A DNA stretch of 58,692 bases from Acidimicrobiales bacterium (GCA_036806345.1 DAIROT010000009.1:1-58692); one strand, 5' to 3'. Positions 38,293 to 47,868 are shown, numbered from the stretch's first letter. Numbers and translations: made by a program. The notes: generated by a model not told the origin, from the letters alone.

Positions 38293-39666
38293 TCAGAGGT
38301 CGAACAGAGCCCGCAGGGCCTCGCCCAGGGACTCCCCCTGTGGGGACGTCGCCGCCACCTTGAGGCGGACGGTCGGCTCGTGCAGCAGCTTGGCCACCAA
38401 GCCCCGGGTGAGGGCCTCCACCGTGTCGCGTTGGCGCTGGTCCAAGCCGTCCAGACGGCTGCGGTGGCGCTGCAGCTCTGCTTGGCGGAGGGCCTCGGCC
38501 CGCTCCCGGAGGGCAACGACCACCGGTGCCACTCCCCTGGCTGCCCTCACTCCCAGATAGCGTTCTACCTCCTCGGCAATGATCTCCCTCACTCGCGTCG
38601 CCTCGCGCCGGCGCTCCTGCATACCGGCCTCGGCAAAAGCAGCCAGGTCGTCCATGTCCAGCAGCGTCACCCCGTCCAGGTCCCCGGCCGCCGGGTCCAC
38701 ATTGCGGGGGACGGCTACGTCGACCACCAGCAACGGGCGCCCTCCCCTGGCCGCCATCACTGCCTCCAGATCGGCCGCCTCCAGGATGACCGAGGGAGCG
38801 CCAGTGGAGGTGAGCACTACGTCCACCGTCTCCATGGTCGGGCGCAGGTCGGCCAGGCTCACCGGCCGACCGCCGATTCGGGCGGCCAGCTCCACCGCCT
38901 TGGACCAGGTGCGGTTGGCCACCAACACTCCACCGGCTGACGGCTTCGCCGCCCCGGGGGGGGCCCCAACCCCGCCCTCCTCCGATGCGCCGGGGGCCCC
39001 AACCCCGGCGCCGGCCGTGCCGGCTGACGGTTTCGCCGTCCCGTCCCCCGCTCTGGCTGCCAGCGCGGTGCACATGCCCTCACCCAGGTCACCGACTCCC
39101 ACCACCAACGTGGGATGCCCGGCCAACGAGCCACCGAGGGACCGCTCGGCCAGGGCCACCGCCGCCTGGGACAGCGAGGTGATACCCCTGGCGATGGCGG
39201 TCTCCGATCGGGCTCGTTTGCCCACCTCCACGGCGTGGCGAAACAATCCGGACAAGGTGGGCCCGGCCGCCCCCTCCTCCCATGCCCGCTGCCAGGCGTG
39301 GCGAACCTGACTCAAGACCTCGCCCTCACCCAGCACCGCCGAATCAAGGCCGGAGGCCACCTCGAACAGATGGCTGGCGGCTGTCTCCTCGAAGTAGTCG
39401 TAGAGGTGCTCACTCACCTGCTCCAAGCTCACCCCAGCCAGCTCGGCCAGGAAGTTGCGGAGGTCGCCGATCCCGGCGTGGAAGCGTTCGACCACTGCAT
39501 AAACCTCGGTACGCATGCACGTCGACACCAGAATCACCTCGGAGAGGTGGGTGCGGCCGGTCAGGTCGGCCAGAGCCTTGGGCAGGTCGGCGTCGGCGAC
39601 TCTCAGCCGCTCCAACAGGGCAAGTGGCACCGTGCGTTGATTGAGGCCTACTACAACTACAGACAC
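38293..39666 (-). CDS. hemA: Glutamyl-tRNA reductase
   Basis: 457 aa. N-terminus MSVVVVGLNQRTVPLALLERL, catalytic-region STCMRTEVY, NADPH-domain ANRTW. Contains a Gly/Ala-rich insertion. Confidence 0.93.
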   Translation of the reverse strand: MSVVVVGLNQRTVPLALLERLRVADADLPKALADLTGRTHLSEVILVSTCMRTEVYAVVERFHAGIGDLRNFLAELAGVSLEQVSEHLYDYFEETAASHLFEVASGLDSAVLGEGEVLSQVRHAWQRAWEEGAAGPTLSGLFRHAVEVGKRARSETAIARGITSLSQAAVALAERSLGGSLAGHPTLVVGVGDLGEGMCTALAARAGDGTAKPSAGTAGAGVGAPGASEEGGVGAPPGAAKPSAGGVLVANRTWSKAVELAARIGGRPVSLADLRPTMETVDVVLTSTGAPSVILEAADLEAVMAARGGRPLLVVDVAVPRNVDPAAGDLDGVTLLDMDDLAAFAEAGMQERRREATRVREIIAEEVERYLGVRAARGVAPVVVALRERAEALRQAELQRHRSRLDGLDQRQRDTVEALTRGLVAKLLHEPTVRLKVAATSPQGESLGEALRALFDL

Positions 39667-40277
39667 GCTCTGAGCAACTCCCTTGCCTGCTCAACATACC
39701 CGGCCCGGATGAGATCGAGCATGTCGGAGGAAAGCGCCCGTTTCCAGTCGGGTCCCTCGGTCGGACGCCCGGCCGCCTGGAGAGCCTCCCGCTCGGCCGA
39801 GAGCAGCCCGACCAGCACCTCGTACTCGGGCCCCAGCTCATCAGCCATCCGCCGCCGCAGCCAGGCGGCCAGTGCCGGACTGTGGCCCCCCGTCGAGACC
39901 GCCACCGTAATTGGCCCGCGGCGCACGACCGACGGCAGTAAGAAGCTGCACGAAATTGGGTCGTCTGCGCAATTGACCCAGACGCCCACCTCCTCACCTT
40001 CCTCGTAGATGGCCCGGTTGAGTGAGTGATCGTCAGTTGCGGCCACCACCAGCCGGTGGCCGGCCAGGTCCCCGCGCCGCCATGGCCGCTCCTCCCAGGT
40101 GAGCCCCTCGAGGTGGCGAACCTCCGGGCTCACCCTGGTGGCCACCACGTGCACCAGGCCCCCGGCCTCCAGCAGGCCCCGAGCCTTGCGGGCGGCCACC
40201 GCCCCACCTCCGACCACCAGGCACCGACGACCGGCCAGTACCAGGCTCACTGGGTAGAGGGCCCCGTCAACCGGCAA
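39657..40277 (-). CDS. Precorrin-2 dehydrogenase / sirohydrochlorin ferrochelatase (siroheme synthase N-terminal domain, SirC/CysG-N like); TTG start
   Basis: 206 aa with the Rossmann motif YPVSLVLAGRRCLVVGGGAVAARKARGLLEAG and later VWVNCADDPISCSFLLPSVV. Confidence 0.8.
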   Translation of the reverse strand: MPVDGALYPVSLVLAGRRCLVVGGGAVAARKARGLLEAGGLVHVVATRVSPEVRHLEGLTWEERPWRRGDLAGHRLVVAATDDHSLNRAIYEEGEEVGVWVNCADDPISCSFLLPSVVRRGPITVAVSTGGHSPALAAWLRRRMADELGPEYEVLVGLLSAEREALQAAGRPTEGPDWKRALSSDMLDLIRAGYVEQARELLRACL

Positions 40278-40400
40278 GGTCCACCCCGTCGGTCAAGCTC
40301 ACCCCGTCGGTCAAGCCCCCCTCATAGGTCAAGTTCACCCGGTTGATCAAGTCCCCCTCGTTGATCAAGTCCCCCTCGTCGATCAAGTCCATCTCGTCGA
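40275..40400. repeat. Imperfect 18-bp tandem repeat x7 (tcaag-N13) between rex and the hem genes
   Basis: Unit starts at 40275, 40293, 40311, 40329, 40347, 40365 and 40383, for example tcaagtccccctcgttga / tcaagtccccctcgtcga. Confidence 0.95.
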
Positions 40401-40418
40401 TCCGCACCGGCCCGCTCC

Positions 40419-41087
40419 TCAGTGGGACGACGCCAGGTGACCCTCGGCATCAGCCGCCAGCCGGCGGTAGAAACTGAGAATGTGCAACTCCACCGACAAG
40501 TCGATCTGGCGCAGGCCGACGTGGCTCGGGACGTTCAGTACCACGGGGGCAAAATTGAGCACCGAGGTGACACCCGCACCAACCAGGCGATCAGCCACCT
40601 CCTGAGCGGCGTTGGCCGGCGTCGCTATCATACCGATAGCCAGGCCCTCGGTCTTCACCAGGGCATCCAGATCTTCGAGATGGCGGACCACCAGGCCACC
40701 GACCATCTGACCGACGACCTCCGGGCGCAGATCGAGCAGAGCCGCCACCCGGGAGCCCCGGGAGGCAAAGCCCGCGTAATTCGCCAGTGCTCGGCCCAGG
40801 TTGCCGATCCCCACGATCACGACCGGGCAGTCCTGGTCCAGGCCAAGCGCCAGACCTACCTGGTCCAGCAGGAATTCCACGTCGTAGCCTGCACCCCGGG
40901 TGCCATACGAACCCAGGTGGGAGAGGTCTTTGCGGACCATGGCGGCATTCACCCCGGCCCGTTCTGCCAGTTGCTCCGACGACACAGTGGACTGGCGAGC
41001 GTGAGTCAGGTCGGCCAGGGCGCGCAGGTACACGGGCAGACGACCGACGGTCGCCACCGGGACGTGCCGCTCTCGCCTGGGAGCCAC
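40419..41087 (-). CDS. rex: Redox-sensing transcriptional repressor Rex
   Basis: 222 aa. N-terminal winged-helix motif VGRLPVYLRAL plus the NADH Rossmann motif VVIVGIGNLGRALANY. Same rex-hem arrangement as described for Streptomyces. Confidence 0.92.
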   Translation of the reverse strand: MAPRRERHVPVATVGRLPVYLRALADLTHARQSTVSSEQLAERAGVNAAMVRKDLSHLGSYGTRGAGYDVEFLLDQVGLALGLDQDCPVVIVGIGNLGRALANYAGFASRGSRVAALLDLRPEVVGQMVGGLVVRHLEDLDALVKTEGLAIGMIATPANAAQEVADRLVGAGVTSVLNFAPVVLNVPSHVGLRQIDLSVELHILSFYRRLAADAEGHLASSH

Positions 41088-41156
41088 TGGCGCATCGTAA
41101 GCCTTACGCCCCCGCGACCACCAAGTCGGAGGGCCCTGGGCTGGCCAACCCGCTGG

Positions 41157-41363
41157 CTAACCCGCTTCGGTGTAGCGGTCCGCCAGGTACTTATCGACGT
41201 CGTCCTCCCGTAGCCGGTAGGACTTGCCCACCCGTACGGCTGGCAGCTGACCGGCGTTGATAAGCCGGTAAACGGTCATGTTGGACACCCGCAACACATC
41301 AGCCACCTCTGTAACCGTGAGGAAGCGAGCCCGAGCATGCTGTGCGTGTATCAGTGCAATCAC
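41157..41363 (-). CDS. Excisionase-family / MerR-like helix-turn-helix DNA-binding protein (conserved proC neighbour in Actinobacteria); start uncertain
   Basis: FLTVTEVADVLRVSNMTVYRLINAGQLPAVRVGKSYRLREDDVDKYL is a typical HTH_17 sequence. A GTG at 41363 is preferred over the ORF-track start at 41426. Confidence 0.75.
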   Translation of the reverse strand: MIALIHAQHARARFLTVTEVADVLRVSNMTVYRLINAGQLPAVRVGKSYRLREDDVDKYLADRYTEAG

Positions 41364-41442
41364 CCCTCTCCGCCTGAGGTGACTGTACGCCACCGGGGCT
41401 GGTGAGGGGAAGTGGCACCGGGGCACCGGGGCAACGAGGCCT

Positions 41443-42234
41443 TCATTCTCCCAGTTGGCGAGACCGCTCGGCGGCCGCCGCCACCGCCTCGATGAAGGCG
41501 GACCGGGTGGCCCTGGACTCCAGGACCCGCAAGCCAGCTGCGGTGGTTCCTCCTGCCGAGGTCACCGCCGCCCTCAACGCCTCCGGCTCCTGGTCTGACT
41601 CTGCCAGCAGGCGGGCCGAGCCCAGGAGGGTCTGCAGGACGAGCGATCTGCTCACCTCCCGCGGCAGGCCGACCAGGACGCCCGCCTCGATCAGAGCCTC
41701 GGCCACCAGGCACACGTAGGCTGGTCCCGACCCCGACAGCCCGGTCACCGCGTCCAAGAGGTGCTCGGGAACCCGAGTCACGGTGCCCACCGCCCCCAGG
41801 ATGGCCTCGGCCCAGGCCAGCGTGGCCTGATCGGCTCCGCTCCCACCGGCAATGGCGGCCGCCCCCGCGCCAATGAGCGCAGGCGTATTGGGCATGGCCC
41901 GGACCACGGCGGTGCGCTGGCCCAACCAGCCCTCCAGTTGGCCCAGGGTTGCTCCGGCCACGATGGACAGCGCCCGGTCGAAGCCCACGGCGGTTGCCGC
42001 CCGGGCACTGCGCTCGGCGTCGGTGGGCTTGACCGCCAACACCAGGCCGTCGCCAGCCGTCACGGCGTCGCTTACCACCAGTCCGGGATGCCGCTCACTC
42101 AGGGCCAAGCGCTGCTCAGCACGCTCCTCGACCACCAGCAGTGCCTCCGCTCCAGCCCAGCCCGACGCAATCAGCCCGGCGACCAGTGCCTCGCCCATCC
42201 GACCTCCGCCCAGCACCACCAACCGCGGCCTCAA
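41443..42234 (-). CDS. proC: Pyrroline-5-carboxylate reductase; start uncertain (TTG 42234, or up to 42300)
   Basis: Rossmann N-terminus LVVLGGGRMGEALVAGL and C-terminal signature VTSAGGTTAAGLRVLE. Confidence 0.88.
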   Translation of the reverse strand: MRPRLVVLGGGRMGEALVAGLIASGWAGAEALLVVEERAEQRLALSERHPGLVVSDAVTAGDGLVLAVKPTDAERSARAATAVGFDRALSIVAGATLGQLEGWLGQRTAVVRAMPNTPALIGAGAAAIAGGSGADQATLAWAEAILGAVGTVTRVPEHLLDAVTGLSGSGPAYVCLVAEALIEAGVLVGLPREVSRSLVLQTLLGSARLLAESDQEPEALRAAVTSAGGTTAAGLRVLESRATRSAFIEAVAAAAERSRQLGE

Positions 42235-42390
42235 CCGGGGGTCCCACGGATGGAGGTGGGTGGGGAGCCGGCCCGAAGAACCTCCCGCCTCCACCCGCAC
42301 TTCCCCGAACGGATGGGCCGGTTCGCCCCTCGGGCCGGTTGGGGGACCGTAGCGCCACCTACCCGGGTCAGCAAGTTGGCCAAACCGTGG

Positions 42391-43638
42391 TCAGCACTCG
42401 ACGAGCTGGCGAGCAGTCAGGTCGGCATAGAGGCCTCTCAGGCGCGATGCCGCTACCGACCAGGTGTAACGCCGAGCGCGGGCAGCCCCATTGAGGGCCA
42501 TGTCAAGCGCCAAGGCGGGGTCGCTCAGCACCTTGGTGACCCCGGCCGCGAAGCACTCGGGGTCCCGGCGTTCGACCAGGAACCCGGTACGAGCGTGGTC
42601 GACGAGAGTGCGCAGGCCACCGACCGCCGACGCCACGACAGGCGTCCCACAGGCCGCCGCCTCCAGCGCCACCAACCCGAACGACTCCGAGCGGCTGGGG
42701 ACCAGGCAAACATCAGCCGCCCGATAGAAACTGGAAAGCAGTTCATGGGGCTGCGGAGGGAAAAAGCGAACGCGTCCGGACAGGCCGAGATCCTCCACCA
42801 GAGCGCCGACCCGGGCCAGCTCAGCGTGGCCCTGTGATCCACTCGGCCCTCCGACCACTACGAGCTCGGCATCCGCGAAGCCCTCCAGCGAAGCCAGGGT
42901 GGCTACCGCCACTGTCGCTCCCTTGAGCGGCTGGATGCGACCAACGAACAACAGCAGTGGCCGGTCAAGGGGTAGCCCCAGGGCCTTGCGGGCCTGGGGC
43001 CGGTAGCCAGGAGAGAAGAAGGCCTGATCGACACCGGGAGGAACGATATGGATCCGCGACGGGTCGGCATCGTACAGCTGGGCGATCTGGGCCGCCTCAA
43101 CGGAGCAGGAGGCGAGGACGGCATCCGAGCATCCGATCACCTGAGCCTCGGCCGCCGACCGCCGGGCCGGTTCGGCTGCTCCAACTTCGTCCGGGCCGGC
43201 CTCGGCCTTGACCCTGGCCAGAGTATGGAAGGTGGATACAAGGGGCAGATCCAGCTCATGTTTGATCAGGTGACCGGCCAGGCCTGACAGCCAGTAGTTG
43301 GCGTGGATGGCGTCCACGCCAGCTGACCCACCCTCTGGCCTGCTGGTCAGATGGTGCAGGACACCATCGGTGAACTCCTCCACCAGGCCGGCCAGGGCCT
43401 CCTTGCGGACCGCCGTCTGCGGGCCAGCCACCACATGGTGCACCCGAAGCCCGGGTTCCACCGCCACCGTGGGCGCCAAGGTCTCCGACCAGGCTCGCGT
43501 ATACACGTCGCATTCGACGCCGGCTCGGGCCAGGGCGCTCGACAACTCTCGCACGTAGACGCTCATGCCCCCACCATCTCCCACCCCGGGCTGAACCAGT
43601 GGAGAGCTGTGCATCGACAGGACGGCCAAGCGGCGCAT
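42391..43638 (-). CDS. mshA: D-inositol-3-phosphate glycosyltransferase (GT4, mycothiol biosynthesis)
   Basis: 415 aa. N-terminus RRLAVLSMHSSPLVQPGVGDGGGMSVYVRELSSALARAG is the MshA hallmark. C-terminal GT4 EX7E region PSRSESFGLVALEAAACGTPVVA. Confidence 0.88.
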   Translation of the reverse strand: MRRLAVLSMHSSPLVQPGVGDGGGMSVYVRELSSALARAGVECDVYTRAWSETLAPTVAVEPGLRVHHVVAGPQTAVRKEALAGLVEEFTDGVLHHLTSRPEGGSAGVDAIHANYWLSGLAGHLIKHELDLPLVSTFHTLARVKAEAGPDEVGAAEPARRSAAEAQVIGCSDAVLASCSVEAAQIAQLYDADPSRIHIVPPGVDQAFFSPGYRPQARKALGLPLDRPLLLFVGRIQPLKGATVAVATLASLEGFADAELVVVGGPSGSQGHAELARVGALVEDLGLSGRVRFFPPQPHELLSSFYRAADVCLVPSRSESFGLVALEAAACGTPVVASAVGGLRTLVDHARTGFLVERRDPECFAAGVTKVLSDPALALDMALNGAARARRYTWSVAASRLRGLYADLTARQLVEC

Positions 43639-43644
43639 TGACCG

Positions 43645-43986
43645 TCACCCTATCCGGTCGCCATTTTGATACCGGAAGGAGGCGTAGACTCTGATCAGGA
43701 CCTGCTTTTGATCCTCCGTCAAGTACGGGTCTCGTAGAATCTCGCCGGCCAGGTCGGGGTGGTCCCCACGCTCCTCCAAAATGCCGGCCCGGACGTAGAG
43801 GGTTTCGGCTGAGATCCTCAGGGCGAGGGCGATCTGCTGGAGGATCTCGGCCGAGGGGTGACGCAGGCCTCGCTCGATCTGGCTCAGGTAGGGATTGGAG
43901 ATACCGGCCAGCTCGGAGAGGCGCCGCAGCGACAAACGGGCGCCATTGCGCTGTTCACGGATGAACTCGCCCAGAGGCGACAGCAC
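43645..43986 (-). CDS. XRE-family helix-turn-helix transcriptional regulator
   Basis: 113 aa with the HTH LSLRRLSELAGISNPYLSQIERGLRHPS. Confidence 0.85.
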   Translation of the reverse strand: MLSPLGEFIREQRNGARLSLRRLSELAGISNPYLSQIERGLRHPSAEILQQIALALRISAETLYVRAGILEERGDHPDLAGEILRDPYLTEDQKQVLIRVYASFRYQNGDRIG

Positions 43987-44019
43987 GTCACCACCACCAA
44001 AGAGGGCTGACCGTCAGGC

Positions 44020-44838
44020 TCAGCGTTGCATGCCGAGCACCAGGGAGGGCGCCGCCATGGGAACCTTGGTGGGCAAAGGGCGCACGGCGGTGCCCACGGC
44101 CAGGAACTCAACGGCGTGCTCGCCCCAGACATGGGTGTTCTCGACCAGGTTGACCCCGACTATGCCTTCGGCCTGGGCTCGCTCGGCCTCAGCCTGCATC
44201 CGGGCCATGGCCAGCTCACGGGCGTCATACACCGCCTGGGTGAAGTTGGGCAGCTCCACATTGCGACCGGCCTGGCGCATGGCCTGCATGGCCCCTTGGT
44301 GAGCCACGTGATACACGCACGTCCCGAGGACGAAGGCCAACGGCAGATACCCGGCTCGGGACAAGGTGAAGAAGTCCTGTCCGGTCAGGTCGGAGGTGAA
44401 TGGCTTCCCGGCGGGAGTCCGGTAGGCACCCGGATGGGCAATCGAGCGAACGGCCGTCCCTACCGCCATGAACTCGGCCATGCCGGCCGCACCGGCGTAG
44501 AAGCGCATGTTGAGGCGAACACCCACCACGCCGTCGGCCCCCAGAGTCTCGGCTTCTGCCTCCATGCGGGCCATGGCCAGCTCCCTGGCTTCGTACATGG
44601 CTGTGGTCAGCACCGTGAGCTCCTGGCTCTGGTTCCACCGGGCTACCTGGATACCGATGTGGTAGACGGAGCTGCCCACCACCAGGCCGAGAGGGGCAAA
44701 GCCACACTCCTTGACGAGAACGAACTCGTTGACTGACAGGTCGCTGGTGAACAGCGACGGTGAGCCGTCAGTGCGATTGGACTCGGCCAGGCGGGCAAGG
44801 GCAGTCGGCGGCAATGCCGAGGTGGCTTCAGCGGTCAT
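44020..44838 (-). CDS. Tandem-domain YbjQ/UPF0145 (heavy-metal-binding-like) family protein
   Basis: 272 aa carrying two copies of the pattern FTSDL..EF.....G..PLG.V.G..VYH......AR..A..RM..EA...GA.G(V/I)VGV. Confidence 0.7.
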   Translation of the reverse strand: MTAEATSALPPTALARLAESNRTDGSPSLFTSDLSVNEFVLVKECGFAPLGLVVGSSVYHIGIQVARWNQSQELTVLTTAMYEARELAMARMEAEAETLGADGVVGVRLNMRFYAGAAGMAEFMAVGTAVRSIAHPGAYRTPAGKPFTSDLTGQDFFTLSRAGYLPLAFVLGTCVYHVAHQGAMQAMRQAGRNVELPNFTQAVYDARELAMARMQAEAERAQAEGIVGVNLVENTHVWGEHAVEFLAVGTAVRPLPTKVPMAAPSLVLGMQR

Positions 44839-44960
44839 GGCGGTCCCTCCGGATGAGTCGCAGCAGTTTGCTGGCTCCTACCAGTATGGCTCCTACCAGT
44901 ATGGTCGGTGAGTCCGGTGGCTACAGGCCGAGTCAGGTCAGGTCCCTCAGCTCACGTCCC

Positions 44961-45395
44961 TCAGGTCAGTAGCTGAGACAGAGCGGCTCTGGCGCTGGCG
45001 CTCCGGCTGGCCGTCTCGACCAGGTGGGCACTCAGGGCGTCGATCCATTCCGCCAACTCGACCTGGTCACTGCGCAGGCTGATCCCGCGTACGACGTGTC
45101 CAATGGAGGCCTCGAGGCCATGGCTGGCCCTGGCCAGAGTGTAAACCCGGTCGTCGAGGCTCACCTCTATCCGGCGGATGTCGGGTGTCGAGCGCAGCAG
45201 GTGCTTGCCGGTCACACAGCGAACATGGCCGGGAAGGGCATCCGCCAGTTTGCGCCCCAGGACGGTCACAAACGTCCCCACCTCGCCCGCGTCCGCCCTC
45301 ACCATGGCCGCCAACATGTCGAAGCTCAGGTCATTGTCGGGGTTCGGGTCGGCCGGCGAGTCGTCGGGTGATGGAACAGGGGCGGGAGGTTCCAT
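44961..45395 (-). CDS. Hypothetical protein
   Basis: 144-aa ORF with host-like codon bias, divergent from the kinase gene. No family recognised. Confidence 0.5.
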   Translation of the reverse strand: MEPPAPVPSPDDSPADPNPDNDLSFDMLAAMVRADAGEVGTFVTVLGRKLADALPGHVRCVTGKHLLRSTPDIRRIEVSLDDRVYTLARASHGLEASIGHVVRGISLRSDQVELAEWIDALSAHLVETASRSASARAALSQLLT

Positions 45396-45482
45396 GTCCT
45401 ATCTCCTATCACTCCGGATACCGGTGCTGGAGGCGCCAGCTGCCGAACGATCAAAATCGCTGATTCCCGGTACCGTTGGAGG

Positions 45483-47141
45483 GTGAGCGGGGTGGACATC
45501 AGTGGCCGCATTCCAAGGCCCGGGCAGGTACTGGCCGGCCGATACCGCCTCCAGGAGATCATCGCCCGAGGGGGCATGGCCGAGGTGTGGGATGCGGTCG
45601 ATGTCCTCCTTGCTCGGCCAGTTGCCGTGAAGATGCCCCTCGCCCGGTTGGAAGGCCAGGAGATATTTCGCCAGCGCTTCCAGCGAGAGGCGATCGCAGC
45701 CGCCAGCCTCACCCATCCCAATGTTGTAGCCATCTACGACACCGGAGTCGACGCCAGCCACAGCTTCATCGTCATGGAGCGGGTACGAGGTAGGAGTCTC
45801 CTCCAGGTCTTGGCCGACGGCGGTGCCCTGTCAGCCCCCAGGTCGGTGGCCATGGCCGTTCAGGTGGCCACCGCGTTGGACTTTGCCCATCGGGCCGGTG
45901 TCATTCACCGGGACGTCAAACCGGCCAACATCTTGCTAACCGAGGACGACTCCGTGAAGGTGACCGACTTCGGCATCGCCAAGGCGGCACGTGACGAGGA
46001 CCTGACCCTGAGCGGTGTCACCCTGGGGACGGCCCGTTACCTGGCCCCTGAGCAGGTGGAGGGGAAGCCGGTTGACCGTCGCTGCGACATCTACTCGCTC
46101 GGCGTGGTCATCTTCGAGATGCTGTGCGGGCGAACCCCCTTTGATGCCGACACCGACCTGGCCCTGGCGGTGAAGCACGTGTGGGCCGAGCCGCCCGCCC
46201 CGACGACGATCGTCCCGGGAATTCCCCTCTGGCTGGAGGCGGTGGTCCTGCGGGCCCTGGCCAAGTCCCCCGACGACCGCTACCCGACGGCTGCCGACCT
46301 GGCTAAGGAACTCAGGAACGGGGAGCCGGCTCTGTCCGGGCTCATCACCGCCGAGCGCCCGGCCGAGACCGCATACCAGCGCCTGAGCCGGCCAGCCCGC
46401 GCCAGCGCGACGGTCACCCTCAACCGCCCAGGGTGGCCCCCGAGCGAGCGGGGTGGAAGTCCCGGCGACCATGGTCGGAGCCCGAGCGACCGGCGCCACG
46501 GCCCGAGCGACCGGCTCCAGGACCCGAGCGCCCGCGACAGCGGGCCTAGCCAACGCCAGCGTGGCGCCAATCGACCCAACACCCGACGCCTGGTGCCGGC
46601 GGTCGCGGCGGTGGTGCTGGTGGCAGCCATCATCGCGGCCGTGGTGCTCGTCCTCCATGCCCGGCCCTTAACGGCGCCGGCCCCTGGGGCCTCGGCCACC
46701 GCTCCGGCAGTGTCTGACATACGTGTCATCGGGGCCACCGCCTTTGATCCCATGGGGGACGGCATGGAGGACGACGCTGACCTGGCCAAGCTCTACGACG
46801 GCAATCCGGCCACCTCCTGGCACACTGACCAGTACGCCACCCAGGACTTCGGCCATCTCAAGCAGGGGGTGGGCTTCGTCCTTGAACTCTCCAGCGGCCA
46901 GCGCCTGGGCCACCTCACCTTGGTGACCTCAACCCCGGGCTGGGATGCCAAGGCCTACGTGTCCGGCGCCCCAAAGACCGACCTGGCCGCCTGGGGATCT
47001 CCGGCGGCGGCCGCCACCAACGTCTCTGGCCGCGTCTCGGTTGATCTGCGAGGTCGCTCGGGAGCCGCAGTGCTGGTCTGGATCACCCGGCTGGGACCGG
47101 GCCGCCAGGTAAGCGTGGGCGAAGCTCGCCTTACCGGCTGA
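45483..47141 (+). CDS. Ser/Thr protein kinase with one TM helix and a C-terminal extracellular beta-sandwich-like domain
   Basis: Hanks motifs GGMAEVW, VAVKM, HRDVKPANILL, DFGIA and APEQ. TM helix VPAVAAVVLVAAIIAAVVLVL. C-terminus DGNPATSWHTDQY...LVWITRLG resembles discoidin / NPCBM-like sensor modules. Confidence 0.9.
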   Translation: MSGVDISGRIPRPGQVLAGRYRLQEIIARGGMAEVWDAVDVLLARPVAVKMPLARLEGQEIFRQRFQREAIAAASLTHPNVVAIYDTGVDASHSFIVMERVRGRSLLQVLADGGALSAPRSVAMAVQVATALDFAHRAGVIHRDVKPANILLTEDDSVKVTDFGIAKAARDEDLTLSGVTLGTARYLAPEQVEGKPVDRRCDIYSLGVVIFEMLCGRTPFDADTDLALAVKHVWAEPPAPTTIVPGIPLWLEAVVLRALAKSPDDRYPTAADLAKELRNGEPALSGLITAERPAETAYQRLSRPARASATVTLNRPGWPPSERGGSPGDHGRSPSDRRHGPSDRLQDPSARDSGPSQRQRGANRPNTRRLVPAVAAVVLVAAIIAAVVLVLHARPLTAPAPGASATAPAVSDIRVIGATAFDPMGDGMEDDADLAKLYDGNPATSWHTDQYATQDFGHLKQGVGFVLELSSGQRLGHLTLVTSTPGWDAKAYVSGAPKTDLAAWGSPAAAATNVSGRVSVDLRGRSGAAVLVWITRLGPGRQVSVGEARLTG

Positions 47142-47811
47142 TCGGCCCGGAGAGGCGTCTACCGGCCACTGTGACCAGCGCCTGGAGCGGAGTTCGGACC
47201 AGGCGCCTGGTCCCCACCGTCACCAAGGGCCGCAGGAGGAGCACCACCAATGCGTCAATGGCCGCCCCGATGAGCAGGCCGGCTCCCACATCGCCGGGGT
47301 AGTGAACGCCGGCGTAGACCCGGGAGAAGGCCAGGAGAAGCGCCGCCACCAGCGCCGCCAGACCCAGACGGCGGCTGACCAGGAATACGCCGGCCACCAG
47401 GGCACCCCCGATCATGGCGTGGTCACTCGGGAAGGAGGCATCATTGGCACAGCTGAGCAGCACCAGGGTGTGATGGAAGACATGACACGGTCGGGTCCGG
47501 TTCACCGCCCCTCCAATGACCCGGTTGGCACCCAGAGCTACCACGGCACCGGCACCACCCAGCCAGGCGGTGGCCACCCGGCGAGGGGAGTCCGGTCCCC
47601 GGCGAGCCGAGAACCACCAGGCGCCCACCATGGCGGCCGCCAGCAGGACCAGGCCACCCCACAGGGCGTAGGCCGCCAGGAAGGAGTGCAGCCACGAGGT
47701 GTCCCTCGAGAAATGGTTGATGTCGAGATACCAGCTGGTGTCGGTGCTCATGGCGGCAGCCAACCTAGGTCCCATGGTGGCCGAGGCGACAGCCGGCGGG
47801 CGCAGAGTCAC
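47131..47811 (-). CDS. PAP2 superfamily membrane phosphatase
   Basis: Motifs FPSDHAMIGG and SRVYAGVHYPGDV, with several TM helices. Confidence 0.85.
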   Translation of the reverse strand: MTLRPPAVASATMGPRLAAAMSTDTSWYLDINHFSRDTSWLHSFLAAYALWGGLVLLAAAMVGAWWFSARRGPDSPRRVATAWLGGAGAVVALGANRVIGGAVNRTRPCHVFHHTLVLLSCANDASFPSDHAMIGGALVAGVFLVSRRLGLAALVAALLLAFSRVYAGVHYPGDVGAGLLIGAAIDALVVLLLRPLVTVGTRRLVRTPLQALVTVAGRRLSGPISR

Positions 47812-47868
47812 TCAGCCGGGACTCAGCAAGGAGTCGGCCCGGCCCTCCGCCAGGGGTTCTACCGGCGG

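Noticed and set aside
38288-39073. Long N-terminal extension of the hemC ORF (track 37397..39073). Similar extensions occur on hemB (to 33372), nuoD (to 26103), cobA/hemD (to 37734), the HAD gene (to 8833) and nuoN (to 13700).
   Set aside because: The extensions overlap the preceding conserved gene in another frame and are Arg/Gly-rich. The canonical protein N-termini and coupled start/stop overlaps lie at the internal starts used in the features.
44868-44945. 16-bp tandem duplication (ggctcctaccagtatg x2) and gtccctcag / gtcag direct repeats in the spacer between the hypothetical gene and the YbjQ-like gene.
   Set aside because: There are only two copies and short motifs, with no palindromic terminator or recognisable regulatory consensus. 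It was noted as part of the general slippage tendency but is too weak to interpret.
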